From contig CBDBIS010000005.1 of the NCBI GenBank assembly GCA_965206075.1, forward strand, positions 1,997,282 to 2,061,281: a stretch of 64,000 nt of DNA, in the 5' to 3' direction. The DNA is from Alphaproteobacteria bacterium (GTDB lineage: Bacteria > Pseudomonadota > Alphaproteobacteria > Bin95). Below are positions 22,800 to 32,099 of this stretch, piece by piece (the first letter of the stretch is position 1; every line of letters begins with the position of its first letter). The position numbers were made by a program, and so were the translations under genes. A model generated the notes under the pieces. The model was not told the origin of the DNA, ran no database searches, and saw only the letters and a program-made list of their open reading frames with translations.

Positions 22800-22850
22800 G
22801 GCCGCGGGAATCCTCCTCCCCCGCTTGCGGGGGAGGCCGGGTGGGGGGCC
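22800..22850. repeat. Short palindromic element ctcccccgcttgcgggggaggccgggtgggggg (copy 1)
   Basis: Second copy at 39745-39790 (cccctctccccgcttgcgggggaggccgggtgggggcc). Contains the hairpin cccccgc-ttg-cggggg. Confidence 0.6.
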
Positions 22851-23853
22851 GCAGCGCGCCAGCGGAAGCGGCGGCGCCAACGCCGCCATTCGTAACGTTC
22901 GCCGCGTTCAGCGCGGCGGCGGGCGAAGCCCGGCAAAGGCCCGTCACGCCGAGCAGGAGGCGAGCGCAATGGAACACCCCCAGAGCAAGGGTTCCGCATT
23001 ACGCACCTTGGTATTGGTATGAGAACGATATTTTCCGGCGCCCAGGAGGCGTGGAGTTCAGCGTCGCCGCTATGGCGCCGGTAGAGCCAGTCGGATTCCG
23101 CGCCGCCGATCCCGTCCTCGTGGCCGAGCGGTTCGCCGCCGTTCCATCCGTCGTCTTCGTAGAGTTCCTCGGGCGGGGCGTGCGGAGCGTTTGGCATAAC
23201 CGGCCGGGATGACGGCTGCAGGCCCGGCTCGACATGCGATCCAACCCGAGCGGACCGGAATCCCCCTCGTCTCCGCAGGGAGCCACGAACCGGGCGCTGC
23301 GCAGGAGAAGGGCAGGACCGTCGGCAATCTTCGGCGCCAACTCCTGGGGCGCGTCCTGAATCGATATATCCGTTCAATTATTTCAGGTATTAAGAATTTT
23401 ATTTGTATCTTTCTGACTTTAAGGCTAATCTATTCACTCGCTTAACTGGCAGGGCGCACAAGGGGGGATCTGGCAAGCGGGGCCGCGGAGAGCCCGCAGC
23501 GGGATGGCATGCGCGAATGCCGCCATCGGGGCGGTAGTGGAACCGCCTGCAAACGCACTCTTCGCTCGGTCCGATATCGGGTTTGCGATCGCTCGCGCGA
23601 CGCGTATCCGCCCGTTTCCCGAACCCATTTTAACCGGAAGCCGACGACTTCATCCGCTTCGCTCGGGCGCGGCAGCGTAACGGCGATGCGGGCAGGACTG
23701 CGGCGGCCGGTCCAGCGCATGCCGCAGAGTGCGAGGGCAACCGACATGGTTTCGTACGACGCTGCCGCCTCGAACGGTATTTCCGACTCCGGATGTTTCG
23801 ACGGAATTCGGGTCCGACCGTCGCCTGTGGGCGCGCGCGAGTCCCGAAAAGTT

Positions 23854-26800
23854 ATGGCGCCATGGGCGCTGGCGCTTGTCGCGGGGGCGCTCTGGGCCGG
23901 TTGGCCGATGGCTCCGGTTTCGGGCCAGGAAGCGCGCACGCTGGTCAGCAACACCGGCCAGCCGACTGCCACCAGCTCGATAGCCGTCCTTTCCATCCAG
24001 AGCGTTGCAATACAGTTCACCACCGGGGCGTCGGCCGCGCCTTGGACGCTGTCGGCGATCCGGCTGGACGTCGGCTCCTGGCAATCCGGAGCGACGCCGA
24101 CCGTTTCGCTGCACGGTGCCACGGGACAGAGCCCGGGCGCGACAATTGCGACACTGACGAACCCCACACGCGGCGTCGGCCTGCAGGCATTCAGCGCGTC
24201 GTCAGGCTCCAGCGTCACCCTCCAGGCGAACACGACCTACACGGTCGTTGTCGAGTCGGATACCACCTTCCTGAACTACAACGGCTTCTCCCTTCGCAAT
24301 ACCGAGAGCGCAGCCGAGGACAGTGGCGGCGGCGCCGGGTGGCAGGTCAGCGACAACAACCTGACCAATTCGGGTACTGGCTGGTCGGCGTCCAGCAGGA
24401 ACCTGAGGCTGAGGATGGCCGTGCTCGGCGCCGGCGGCACGGTTTCCGACGACGCCACGCTGAGCGCGCTGGCGCTTTCCGACGAGAACGACAATGCCGT
24501 GTCGCTGAGCCCGACCTTCGCCGCAGCCACGACGGGCTACACGGCATCGGTCGCTCATTCGACGGACTCGATCGCGGTGACGGCGGCCACGACCCACGGC
24601 AACGCCACGGTATCCATCTCGAACGACGACGACAGCGACACGCCCGGCGCCGCCGACCTGGACCTTGCGGTCGGAGCGAACGCAATCACGGTAACGGTGA
24701 CAGCGGAAGACGCCACGACGACGAACACCTACACGGTGACGGTGACACGGGCCGCCGCGCCGCCGCCGAGCGCCGCACAGGGGCCTCGAACGCTCGTCGG
24801 CAACACAGGGCAATCCAGCATCGGGACGGCCGCTCCGGTTTTCAGCCTCCAGAGCCTGGCGATGCAGTTCACGACCGGGGAGTCCGCCAAACGCTGGACG
24901 CTGACGGGAATCCGGCTGGAAATCGGGGCCTGGCGGTCCGGCGTCGCGCCGACCGTCTCGCTGCGGTCGGCATCGGGGCAAAGACCGGGCGCGACCATCG
25001 CAACGCTGACGAACCCCACACCGGGAACCGGATCGAAGACATTCGCCGCCCCTTCGGGCTCGTCCGTCAAGCTGCAGGCGAACACGACCTACACGGTCGT
25101 TATCGAGTCCGCGAGCTTGATCTTCAACGGGTTCACGCTTGTCCGCGCCGGCAGCACGGATGAGGACGGCGGCGGCGCTTCCGGCTGGCGGATTGCCGAT
25201 AGCTGGCTGTCGGACATCGGCCAGGGGTGGTCGACAGGCATCCATCGCCTGAAGCTCGCGGTCGAAGGCGCTCCCGATTCCGACGACGTGACACTGAGCG
25301 CGCTGACTCTCGACGACACCGCCGGCAACGCCATAACGCTCGACCCGGCCTTCGCATCCGATTCGACGGACTACACGGCGACCGTCGCCCACACGGCGAG
25401 CACCCTCAAGGTAGCCGCAACCGCGACCGATGCCGCCGCCGCGATTTCCATCGCGAACGACGACGACACGGCTACTCCGGACAGCGCCGTTCTGGACCTC
25501 GAAACGGGTGAGAACACCGTCACGGTTACCGTGACGGCGGAAGATGCCGCCACCACCGGGACCTACACGGTAAGGTTGACGCGCGCGGCCTCCGGAACGA
25601 CGCTCCCAACGACCCCTGCTGCCGACTCGTTGGTCAGCAATATTGGGCAGCCGGTCTACAACTCGCTTCAGGTCCGCAAAGGACAGCGAAGAGTGGGGAT
25701 GAAGTTCACAACCGGCGCGTCCGCGTCGGCGTGGACGTTGACGGCGGTTCGGCTGCACGTCACCGCATGGCGCCGGGACGTGGCGCCAACGGTCAAGCTA
25801 CGCGCCGTATCGGGAGGCTGGCCCGGAACGACGATCGCCACCCTGACGAACCCCGCGCCCGGAACCGGGTCCAGGGACTTCACGGCGCCGTCGGGCCTGA
25901 AACTCCAACCGAACACGACTTACGCCGTCATCGTCGCCGCAGGGGTCATGGCCGGCAGGTTCGAACTCGGGATTACCAAGCGCAATCACGAGGACAGCGG
26001 CGGCGCGGCAGGCTGGAGCATCTCCGACACGTCCCGCTTCTATGCCTCCGGCAGCTGGTCGGGGCGGCCGCAGTCGCTGATGATGGCCGTTCGGGGCGCC
26101 GCAATCGCCGACGAGGCGACCGCAGGCGGACTGACCGGGTGGTTCGCATCCAGCCCGTCCGCGCATGACGGGTCGGCGAACTTCACCGTCCGCATGGGTT
26201 TCAGCGATCCGCTCAGCATGTCGCGGAACGCGATGCGGGACCATGCGGTCCGGGTAGCCGGGGGCAGCGCGACATCCGCCAAGCGTGTCAATCGGCGCGG
26301 CGACCTCTGGGATATCCGCGTTTCCCCGACCGGTCCTGGGGCCGTCACCGTCACGATGGAAGGCGGGCGGGCGTGCGAAACGAGCGGAGCGGTCTGCACT
26401 GCCGATGGCAGCACGCTGGCCGAAACGCTCGAATTGACCGTGCCGGGCCCGGTGGCGCTTTCGGCGGCCGACGCCAGTGCTCGCGAGGGTCCTGATGCCT
26501 CGGTGGACTTCGCGGTAACCCTCAACCGGGCCGCCTCCCGCCGGGTGAAGGTCGATTACGCGACGACGGACGGTACGGCGCGGGCCGGCGAGGACTACAC
26601 GGCGACATCGGGCACGCTCACATTCGCCCCCGGAACGGTGAAGCGGACCGTAAGCGTCCCGGTGTTGGACGACTCGACGGACGAGGGCGAGGAGTCGTTT
26701 ACGCTCACGCTGAGCAATGCGTCGGGCGCCGTCATCGCCGACGGGGAGGCGATGGGAACCATCGTGAACAGCGATCCGATGCCGAGAGCCTGGATTGCGC

Positions 26801-28212
26801 GCTTCGGGCGGACCGTCGCCAGCCAGACGGTCAGCGCCGTCCGAGAGAGGCTTGAGGGGACCGGCGGGTCCGGGATCGCGGTCGGGGGTATTGCAGTGGG
26901 CGGCATGAAGACGGCGCAGGTCCCGGACCGGGAACCCGATTTGCTCCGCCGATCCGGCCACCCGACCTTCGACGGGCGCCGCCGAGGTGTCCACGCCCGA
27001 AGCATATCGCCTGGGGATCTGCTGCTGGGGAGCGCATTCCGGTTCGGCGGAGCCAACGGCGCAAGCCCGTCGGACTGGACGGCCTGGGGCCGGATCGCGT
27101 TCTCGGAGTTCGAAGCCTCCGAGGACGACGTGGAGATGGATGGCGAGGTTATGACCGGCTTCCTCGGGTTGGACCTCTCCCGAGAGCGCTGGATCGCCGG
27201 CCTCGCGGCGGGCCTGAGCGAAGGCGAGGGCTGGTTCGAACTCGTCAAGGACGGCCGGACCGACAGCAGGGGCAGGATCGAGAGCCGTCTCACCGGCGTC
27301 TTCCCCTATGCAAGCTACGCCCTGACCGGGACCGTCGACGTCTGGGCCCTTGCGGGTTACGGCGCCGGGCGGCTCACGGTTTTCGAGCATCGGGACGGGG
27401 GCGGTTCCCGGGAGAACGAGACCGACCTTTCGATGCGCATGTGGGCAATGGGATTCGACGGCAAGGTGCTGCCTGCCGAGGCTCCCGGGAAACTGGAAGT
27501 GGCGGTCAAGTCCGACGCCTTCTGGGTTCGCACCGAGTCGGAGGCGGTAACGCCTGAGCGTGCGGGTCGCATGGAGGCGGCGTCGGGCGACGCCAGCAGG
27601 CTGCGCCTCGCGGCCAGGGGCTCGCAGACATTCGACCTGGACTCGGGAAACGGCCTCACGCCCTCGATTGAGGTGGGCGTGCGCCACGACGGCGGGGATG
27701 CAGAGACCGGCGCCGGACTCGATATCGGCGCCGGCTTGCGCGTCGCCGGGCGGGGATTCGCCGCCGAGGGCGCTGTGAGCGCTCTTGTCGCTCACGCGGA
27801 CGGCAACCACGAGCAATGGGGGGCGAGCGGCAGCATTCGCTTTGAACCCGGCGACTCGGGACGAGGGCTGTCCTTTTCCCTGTCACCCGCCTGGGGAACG
27901 GTATCGGGCGGCGCGGAGCAGTTGTGGGCTCTGGGGGGTACGGGCGAACTCGCGCCGGACAGCGGTTTCGGCTCCAGACGCAGCCTGGCGGCGGAAGTCG
28001 CTTACGGTCTTGGAGGCTTCGGCGCGGTGGGCGCTCTCAAGCCGTATATGGGCGTGTGGCTTGCCAGCGGCGACAGCCGGACATACCGGACAGGGGCAGT
28101 CTGGACGATCCGCCCCGGCGCTACGATGCGGATCGAAGCGACCCGCGACGACATGGGCGGGCGCCGAAGTCCGGCGCACTCCATCGAACTGCGCGCTACG
28201 ACGGGCTGGTGA
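23854..28212 (+). CDS. large autotransporter-like surface protein with three tandem ~280-aa passenger repeats, a Calx-beta domain and a C-terminal beta-barrel translocator
   Basis: Signal peptide MAPWALALVAGALWAGWPMAPVSG. The module (TLVSNTGQ...IQFTTG...WTL..IRL..G.W.SG..PTVSL....G..PGATIATLTNPT.G.G...F.APSGSS..LQANTTYTVV ... cadherin-like TYTVTVTRAA) repeats three times. Calx-beta domain VDFAVTLNRAASRRVKVDYATTDGTARAGEDYTATSGTLTFAPGTVKRTVSVPVLDD. C-terminal ~450 aa Gly/alternating-hydrophobic region ends ...IELRATTGW (aromatic terminal residue), consistent with a type Va beta-domain. The six-frame ORF begins at 23509; I place the start at the signal peptide. Confidence 0.7.
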   Translation: MAPWALALVAGALWAGWPMAPVSGQEARTLVSNTGQPTATSSIAVLSIQSVAIQFTTGASAAPWTLSAIRLDVGSWQSGATPTVSLHGATGQSPGATIATLTNPTRGVGLQAFSASSGSSVTLQANTTYTVVVESDTTFLNYNGFSLRNTESAAEDSGGGAGWQVSDNNLTNSGTGWSASSRNLRLRMAVLGAGGTVSDDATLSALALSDENDNAVSLSPTFAAATTGYTASVAHSTDSIAVTAATTHGNATVSISNDDDSDTPGAADLDLAVGANAITVTVTAEDATTTNTYTVTVTRAAAPPPSAAQGPRTLVGNTGQSSIGTAAPVFSLQSLAMQFTTGESAKRWTLTGIRLEIGAWRSGVAPTVSLRSASGQRPGATIATLTNPTPGTGSKTFAAPSGSSVKLQANTTYTVVIESASLIFNGFTLVRAGSTDEDGGGASGWRIADSWLSDIGQGWSTGIHRLKLAVEGAPDSDDVTLSALTLDDTAGNAITLDPAFASDSTDYTATVAHTASTLKVAATATDAAAAISIANDDDTATPDSAVLDLETGENTVTVTVTAEDAATTGTYTVRLTRAASGTTLPTTPAADSLVSNIGQPVYNSLQVRKGQRRVGMKFTTGASASAWTLTAVRLHVTAWRRDVAPTVKLRAVSGGWPGTTIATLTNPAPGTGSRDFTAPSGLKLQPNTTYAVIVAAGVMAGRFELGITKRNHEDSGGAAGWSISDTSRFYASGSWSGRPQSLMMAVRGAAIADEATAGGLTGWFASSPSAHDGSANFTVRMGFSDPLSMSRNAMRDHAVRVAGGSATSAKRVNRRGDLWDIRVSPTGPGAVTVTMEGGRACETSGAVCTADGSTLAETLELTVPGPVALSAADASAREGPDASVDFAVTLNRAASRRVKVDYATTDGTARAGEDYTATSGTLTFAPGTVKRTVSVPVLDDSTDEGEESFTLTLSNASGAVIADGEAMGTIVNSDPMPRAWIARFGRTVASQTVSAVRERLEGTGGSGIAVGGIAVGGMKTAQVPDREPDLLRRSGHPTFDGRRRGVHARSISPGDLLLGSAFRFGGANGASPSDWTAWGRIAFSEFEASEDDVEMDGEVMTGFLGLDLSRERWIAGLAAGLSEGEGWFELVKDGRTDSRGRIESRLTGVFPYASYALTGTVDVWALAGYGAGRLTVFEHRDGGGSRENETDLSMRMWAMGFDGKVLPAEAPGKLEVAVKSDAFWVRTESEAVTPERAGRMEAASGDASRLRLAARGSQTFDLDSGNGLTPSIEVGVRHDGGDAETGAGLDIGAGLRVAGRGFAAEGAVSALVAHADGNHEQWGASGSIRFEPGDSGRGLSFSLSPAWGTVSGGAEQLWALGGTGELAPDSGFGSRRSLAAEVAYGLGGFGAVGALKPYMGVWLASGDSRTYRTGAVWTIRPGATMRIEATRDDMGGRRSPAHSIELRATTGW

Positions 28213-28244
28213 GCGACCGCGCGGCGTAGCTGCAACCCCGGCAT

Positions 28245-29672
28245 TCAACTGGAATGTATGGGCGGGCGGCGTTGGGCCCAGGGCGCGGCCCGCTCCAGCG
28301 CCGAGGCGATGCGGAACAGGGCCGCTTCGTCTCCGTAGGGGGCGACGAACTGGACGCCGATGGGCAGGCCGTCCCCGTTCCAGTGCAGCGGAACCGAGGC
28401 GGCCGGATTGCCGGATGCGTTGAAGACCGAGGTGAAGGCGATGGTGCGCATGACATCCCGCCACTGCGCTTCGGCGTCTTCGCGTGACGGGGAGAGCAGC
28501 CCGAGCGGCATGGGAGGAACGGGCATGGTGGGCGTGATGAGAAGATCGAAATCGAGGAAGAAGCGCGCCACGAGGCGGCCGAGCGCATGGATGCCGTTCA
28601 GGGCGCGCACATAGTCCGCGCCCGTGCTCCGGTCGCGGCGGGCCATTGCGAGGTTGTTCTTCTCCACATCCTCTTCGGTCGCCGGGCGGCCGAGGACTTG
28701 CTCCACCAGTTCCACGGTCTCGCGCGCATTGGCGTAGATGATCTGCGTGTCGGCATCGAGCAGCGCCCGGGGAATGGGGAGGGCCGCCTCCTCCACCTCG
28801 AGTCCGAGGCCCCGGCAGAGGTCCGCCGCCCTGTCCACGGCGGCAAGGCAGTCGGGATGGGTCTCGACGCCGAACCAGGCCTCGCGAACGACCGCGGCCT
28901 TCATTCCGGCGACATCCCGGCCCACTTCTTCCAAGAACGGGCGCTTTGGCGGCTCGGCCCAGTAGGGCGCGCCTAGATCGGGGCCCGCCGTGCAGTCGAG
29001 AAGCAGCGCGCTGTCCCGCACGCTTTTCGAAATGGCATGGACGGTTGCGAGGCCCGACCATCCCTCGCCGACGAGGGGCCCCATGGGATTGCGCCCCCGC
29101 GTCGGCTTCAGCCCGAACAGCCCGGTGCAGGACGCCGGCACGCGGATCGAGCCGCCGCCGTCGGAGGCGTTCGCAATCGGCAGGACGCCGGCCGCCACCA
29201 TGCTGGATGCGCCGCCGGACGAGCCGCCCGAAGTAAGCGCCGGGTTCCACGGGTTGCGGGTCTGGCCGTGAAGCGCGGACTCCGTGGTCGTGGACAGGCC
29301 GAATTCCGGCGAGGTCGTGCGCCCGAAAATCGCGAGGCCCGCCGCCTTGTACCGGCCGACCAGCTCGCCGTCCCGTTCGGCGACGGTGCCCGCGAGCGCG
29401 CGGCAGCCATTGCTCTGCCCCTGCCCTCCATAGTCCTGGTAAAGGTCCTTCAGAAGAAACGGGACGCCGTGGAGGGGCCCCTCGGGCAGGCCGTCTCGAA
29501 TCCGTTCTTTCGCGTGGTCGTACCAGGGATAGACGAGTGCATTGAGCCGGGGGTTGACGCGCTCGGCCCGCTCGACCGCCTCCTCCAGAACCTCCAGGGC
29601 GGAAACCTCTCCGCGCGCGACCAGACCCGCAAGATCGGTCGCATCGAATTCGGCATAACCCTGAACCGCCAT
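28245..29672 (-). CDS. amidase (amidase-signature family)
   Basis: AS motif GGSSGGASSMVAAGVLPIANASDGGGSIRVPA; 475 aa. Confidence 0.9.
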   Translation of the reverse strand: MAVQGYAEFDATDLAGLVARGEVSALEVLEEAVERAERVNPRLNALVYPWYDHAKERIRDGLPEGPLHGVPFLLKDLYQDYGGQGQSNGCRALAGTVAERDGELVGRYKAAGLAIFGRTTSPEFGLSTTTESALHGQTRNPWNPALTSGGSSGGASSMVAAGVLPIANASDGGGSIRVPASCTGLFGLKPTRGRNPMGPLVGEGWSGLATVHAISKSVRDSALLLDCTAGPDLGAPYWAEPPKRPFLEEVGRDVAGMKAAVVREAWFGVETHPDCLAAVDRAADLCRGLGLEVEEAALPIPRALLDADTQIIYANARETVELVEQVLGRPATEEDVEKNNLAMARRDRSTGADYVRALNGIHALGRLVARFFLDFDLLITPTMPVPPMPLGLLSPSREDAEAQWRDVMRTIAFTSVFNASGNPAASVPLHWNGDGLPIGVQFVAPYGDEAALFRIASALERAAPWAQRRPPIHSS

Positions 29673-29741
29673 CGAAACCTCCCGCGAAAACCGGCGAAGA
29701 CCGCACTATAGTGCCGCCGCCATCGAAGGGAGGCACGGCTT

Positions 29742-30386
29742 ATGGGGCTCAAGGGGCAGATCGTTCCGGTCACGCCGTTCCAGCAGAACTGCTCGATCGT
29801 CTGGTCGGAAGCGACCATGACGGGCGCGGTGATCGACCCTGGCGGCGACCTGCCGCGCATTCGTGCAGCCGTCGAGCAGGCAGGGGTCACGGTCGAGAAG
29901 ATCCTGCTGACCCACGGCCATGTCGATCACGCCGCCGGCGCCGGCGCGCTCGCCGCCGACCTCGGCGTGCCCATCGAAGGGCCGCACGAGGCCGACCGCT
30001 TCCTGATCCAGGGCCTGCCGGAACAGGCGGAGCAATTCGGCTTCGGCCCCGCGCTCGCCTTCGAGCCTTCGCGCTGGCTCGACGAGGGCGACGAAGTCAC
30101 AGTCTCCGACCTTGTGCTCGAAGTGCGCCACTGCCCCGGCCACACGCCGGGCCATGTGATCTTCTTCCACCGGCCGTCGAACCTGGCTGTGGTCGGCGAC
30201 GTGCTGTTCCAGGGCTCGGTCGGCCGCACCGACCTGCCGGGCGGCGACCATGCGGCGCTGATTCGCTCGATCCGCACCAAGCTCTGGCCGCTCGGCTCCG
30301 ACATCGCCTTCCTGCCGGGGCACGGGCCGATGTCCACCTTCGCCGCCGAAAGGGCCGCAAACCCCTTCGTCGGCGATGGCGTTTAG
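29742..30386 (+). CDS. MBL-fold metallo-hydrolase (glyoxalase-II-like)
   Basis: THGHVDHAAGA metal-binding motif; 214 aa. Confidence 0.85.
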   Translation: MGLKGQIVPVTPFQQNCSIVWSEATMTGAVIDPGGDLPRIRAAVEQAGVTVEKILLTHGHVDHAAGAGALAADLGVPIEGPHEADRFLIQGLPEQAEQFGFGPALAFEPSRWLDEGDEVTVSDLVLEVRHCPGHTPGHVIFFHRPSNLAVVGDVLFQGSVGRTDLPGGDHAALIRSIRTKLWPLGSDIAFLPGHGPMSTFAAERAANPFVGDGV

Positions 30387-30577
30387 TGTCCTGTCCCGAA
30401 GCTCACGCGCCGTTGCCCGAGGCTCTCCATCCCGTCATGGCCGGACTTGTTCCGGCCATCCATGCGGCCGCTCGGTGGAGGTGGTTGAGAGAGATGCCCG
30501 GAACAAGTCCGGGCATGACGGAAGGGGACGACGTTCGGGCGTGATGGAGGAGCGGCCGAGCCTCAAGGAGCGGGCTG

Positions 30578-31099
30578 CTACTCCTCAAGCTTGAGACCCG
30601 GAATCCCGAGCTTCCCGGTCCGTTCGATCTTCGCCAGGATGCGCGCATCGTGGCGGAACCACTGGTTCGCCTCCTTGTCCGGATTGGCCTTGGCCCATTC
30701 CTTGACGAACCAGTTGCCCCGCGCCCACTTGCCGTCCGGGTCCGCGGATTTCTTGAACTGAACGGCGAACATCGGCAGCTTCGGGTTCTCGATCAGCAGG
30801 CCGTCGACGATCGTCTTCTTGCCGCAGAACGGCACCAGGTCGGCCTGTGTGCCGGCGAAGGGATCGAAGTTCTTGGCCGCCGGGATGAGCCGGCCTTCCT
30901 CGGTGAGCAGGCCGAGCTGGCGTTTGCCGCCGCCGCAATTTTCAGGGCAATTCCCGGTGAGTTCGCAGACGATATCGACGACCGTCACGGTCAACCGCGC
31001 CTTCTCCTCGAATTCGATGCCCCATTCCTCGGCGGCGGATGCCGGGCCGGCCATCAGCAGAAGGCCGGCGAAAGCGGACAGGATACGCATGGCGCTCAC
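30578..31099 (-). CDS. secreted protein of unknown function (third gene of cytochrome-c operon)
   Basis: Signal peptide MRILSAFAGLLLMAGPASAAEE; Cys pattern GNCPENCGGG...FCGKK. Start overlaps the stop of the upstream gene (ATGA). Confidence 0.6.
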   Translation of the reverse strand: MSAMRILSAFAGLLLMAGPASAAEEWGIEFEEKARLTVTVVDIVCELTGNCPENCGGGKRQLGLLTEEGRLIPAAKNFDPFAGTQADLVPFCGKKTIVDGLLIENPKLPMFAVQFKKSADPDGKWARGNWFVKEWAKANPDKEANQWFRHDARILAKIERTGKLGIPGLKLEE

Positions 31100-31512
31100 T
31101 CCCCGAACGGCATGATGCCGTATTCTTCGTGGGTCAGGTTGACGACGCCGCCGTCCTCGGCGACTTGCGTCACGATCAGGTAGTTGACGCCGTCGCGCTT
31201 GTAGAGGTCGCCGTCCACCGTCACCCGGTGGGACTGGATGTCGATGACGCGCGGATTGTCCACAGGGTCCTCGTCCTCGATGCGGAGCACCATGTAGACC
31301 TGCCCGTCATCGCCCTTGATGGAGACCGGGATGCCGCCGACCGCGCACCAGACCGCGCACTGGTGATGCGCCGTGCCTTCGGCGAACATGATCTCCGTGA
31401 CATAGCACCAGGTGTCGATGACCTCGCCCGCGATGCGGACGCGCTCCGGCGCTGCGGCCTGCGCCCCGGAGACGCAGGCGAGCGCCAGAATTCCCGCCAT
31501 CAGTGCTCTCAT
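31096..31512 (-). CDS. secreted Cys/His-containing protein of unknown function (second gene of cytochrome-c operon)
   Basis: Signal peptide MRALMAGILALACVSGAQAAA; motif TWCYV...HHQCAVWCAVGG (possible metal/redox site). ATGA overlap with both neighbours. Confidence 0.6.
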   Translation of the reverse strand: MRALMAGILALACVSGAQAAAPERVRIAGEVIDTWCYVTEIMFAEGTAHHQCAVWCAVGGIPVSIKGDDGQVYMVLRIEDEDPVDNPRVIDIQSHRVTVDGDLYKRDGVNYLIVTQVAEDGGVVNLTHEEYGIMPFGE

Positions 31513-31886
31513 TCAACCGCACTCCTCAGGTAAGCGATGACGGCCGCGCGCTGCTCGGCTTTCCTGAAGCCCGGAAACGCCATGCGCGTGCCCTTTGCGA
31601 ACGCCCGGGGCTTGGTGAGCCAGGCGTCCAGATTTTCCTCGGTCCAGCTCCTGCCTGCATGTTTGCCGAGCCCCTTGGAATATTTGAATCCCGGCATGGA
31701 GGCGATGGGGCGGCCGACCACGCCCCACAGATTGGGGCCCACCTTTTTCTTGCCGGTCTCGTCGAGGCGGTGGCAGGTCGTGCATTTCTTCTTGAAGAGT
31801 TGGGCGCCGTCGGCAGCGGCCGCAACCCCCGGCGCGCCGATTCCGGAAAGAAGCGCGGTGGCGACGACAAATGCCCGAATTCGCAT
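31509..31886 (-). CDS. class I c-type cytochrome (mono-haem, periplasmic)
   Basis: Signal peptide; haem-binding CTTCH; distal Met region ...FPGF.. as in cytochrome c2/c550 family. 125 aa. Confidence 0.85.
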   Translation of the reverse strand: MRIRAFVVATALLSGIGAPGVAAAADGAQLFKKKCTTCHRLDETGKKKVGPNLWGVVGRPIASMPGFKYSKGLGKHAGRSWTEENLDAWLTKPRAFAKGTRMAFPGFRKAEQRAAVIAYLRSAVE

Positions 31887-32099
31887 AACCCGGAAGCCCT
31901 TTTCCCCACGGCAAGCGACGCCAAACTACTGCCCGAAGAATGCCCGCGCCAGCGATTCGAGCCGCGACGCCATCACTTTTGCGTGTGCATCCGGGGCGGC
32001 TTTGCGCTATACTGAAGGTTCGGTCATCGTGACTAATACCCACAACATCTTGTGTGCGTTATCTGATTTATGCGTACTGGTTGTGGGTGGAGGCGGAAG

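Noticed and set aside
22562-23853. Possible mobile element or IS in the 1.3-kb gap
   Set aside because: No transposase- or integrase-like translation in any frame. The content is repeats plus an AT-rich promoter island.
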